Both the position numbers and the translations under genes were made by a program. Positions 29,415 through 30,145 of a stretch of 30,145 nucleotides of DNA are shown here, in pieces. The stretch spans positions 1 through 30,145 of the IMG/VR virus record IMGVR_UViG_3300031578_000247. One strand, written 5' to 3'. The notes beneath the pieces were generated by a model. That model was given only the letters and a program-made list of their open reading frames with translations, ran no database searches and was not told where the DNA came from. Within the stretch, counting starts at the first letter, position 1; each line of letters starts with the position of its first letter. This stretch comes from a virus.

Positions 29415-30145
29415 ATGAACTTAATTAAACACGGAAAAAATATCCACGAATTACAATTAGTGGGTACACAAGTTCACGTAGCTATGCTATCGGACTTGCA
29501 TTTTGATAACCCTAAATGCGATTGGGTACTATTAAAAAAGCACTTGGACTTCTGCAAAGAGAACGACATACCAGTAATTATTAACGGGGATTTCTTTTGT
29601 TTAATGCAAGGACGCGGAGATAATCGACGCAATAAATCGGACATTAGACCCGAACACAATAACACCCGTTATTTAGATTCAATCGTGGAAACGGCTGCGG
29701 AATGGTTTGCGCCTTACGCGGATATTATAAAGGTTATAGGCTACGGAAACCACGAAACCGCTATTATTAAGTTTCAAGAAACAGACATTCTAAGGCGGTT
29801 TGTTGACTTGCTTAACTACAAATGCGGTTCAAACGTTCAAACGGGAGGGTATGGCGGTTGGATAATTATTAGACAAAAATTCTACGGAAATGCTAACGTA
29901 ACCACAAAGGTAAAATACTACCACGGGAGCGGTGGCGGTGGTGTCGTTACTAAAGGAGCGTTAAACCTTACGCGAGCGCTTGAAATGTACGAAGACTTCG
30001 ACGTGTTTACAATGGGACATATACACGAAAATAGTTCACGTAACGACGTTAGAGAATGCGTAAGCCACAATAGTAAACAAGGTTATTCAGTTAAACAAAC
30101 CCAACTACATTTAATGCTTACTGGTACTTACAAAGAAGAATACGG
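29415..30145 (+). CDS. Calcineurin-like metallophosphoesterase, 5' part (continues at nt 128-263 after the 127-nt overlap; full length 288 aa)
   Basis: Hand-translated; not in the ORF track because it runs off the window. Motifs: LSDLHFD (DxH), INGDFF (GD), GYGNHE (GNHE), MGHIHE (GHxH). Confidence 0.8.
   Translation, partial: MNLIKHGKNIHELQLVGTQVHVAMLSDLHFDNPKCDWVLLKKHLDFCKENDIPVIINGDFFCLMQGRGDNRRNKSDIRPEHNNTRYLDSIVETAAEWFAPYADIIKVIGYGNHETAIIKFQETDILRRFVDLLNYKCGSNVQTGGYGGWIIIRQKFYGNANVTTKVKYYHGSGGGGVVTKGALNLTRALEMYEDFDVFTMGHIHENSSRNDVRECVSHNSKQGYSVKQTQLHLMLTGTYKEEY
30019..30145. repeat. Second copy of the 127-nt contig-end overlap
   Basis: Identical to nt 1-127. Confidence 0.9.

Overview
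The window is a complete, circularly closed genome of a tailed dsDNA phage. The unit length is about 30,018 bp, and nt 1-127 repeat exactly at 30019-30145, most likely as an assembler overlap. About 60 tightly packed genes all lie on the + strand, many joined by ATGA stop/start overlaps. All minus-strand ORFs in the track look like shadow frames. Three host-type promoters match the Bacteroidota consensus (TTTG at -33, TAnnTTTG at -7), start codons lack Shine-Dalgarno sequences, and the sequence is AT-rich. Together these point to a Bacteroidota (probably Flavobacteriia) host. Layout: (i) Early cassette 1 (415-2205) holds small ORFs and a DnaA-domain-IV-like HTH protein. (ii) A replication, modification and recombination block (2333-6201) holds a replisome-organizer-like protein with internal iterons, a DnaB-like helicase, a C5-cytosine methyltransferase, NinG and a PD-(D/E)xK-like protein. 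(iii) Early cassette 2 (6243-10083) holds Erf, an exonuclease, a GT-A-like glycosyltransferase island and small proteins. (iv) After a terminator and a third promoter comes a late block (10170 to wrap-around). It encodes an ECF-like sigma factor, TerS/TerL, tail genes with a candidate -1 frameshift, a tape-measure-like protein and an XkdF-like prohead protease. It continues with three paralogous small proteins plus two basic mini-proteins, a scaffold-like protein, the major capsid protein and an abundant tail-tube-like protein. It ends with a portal carrying a MuF-like C-terminus, an adaptor, a holin / amidase / u-spanin-like lysis cassette, and a metallophosphoesterase gene that spans the contig junction. 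No integrase, repressor, tRNA or CRISPR array was seen. The signals most worth following are: an identical 35-nt hairpin element after the leader gene of both early promoters (nut/put-like); the protease-adjacent paralog family with a conserved N-terminal leader; the AT-rich glycosyltransferase and methyltransferase islands; and the T9 slippery site. All functional calls rest on motifs read by eye from the translations. No database search was run.
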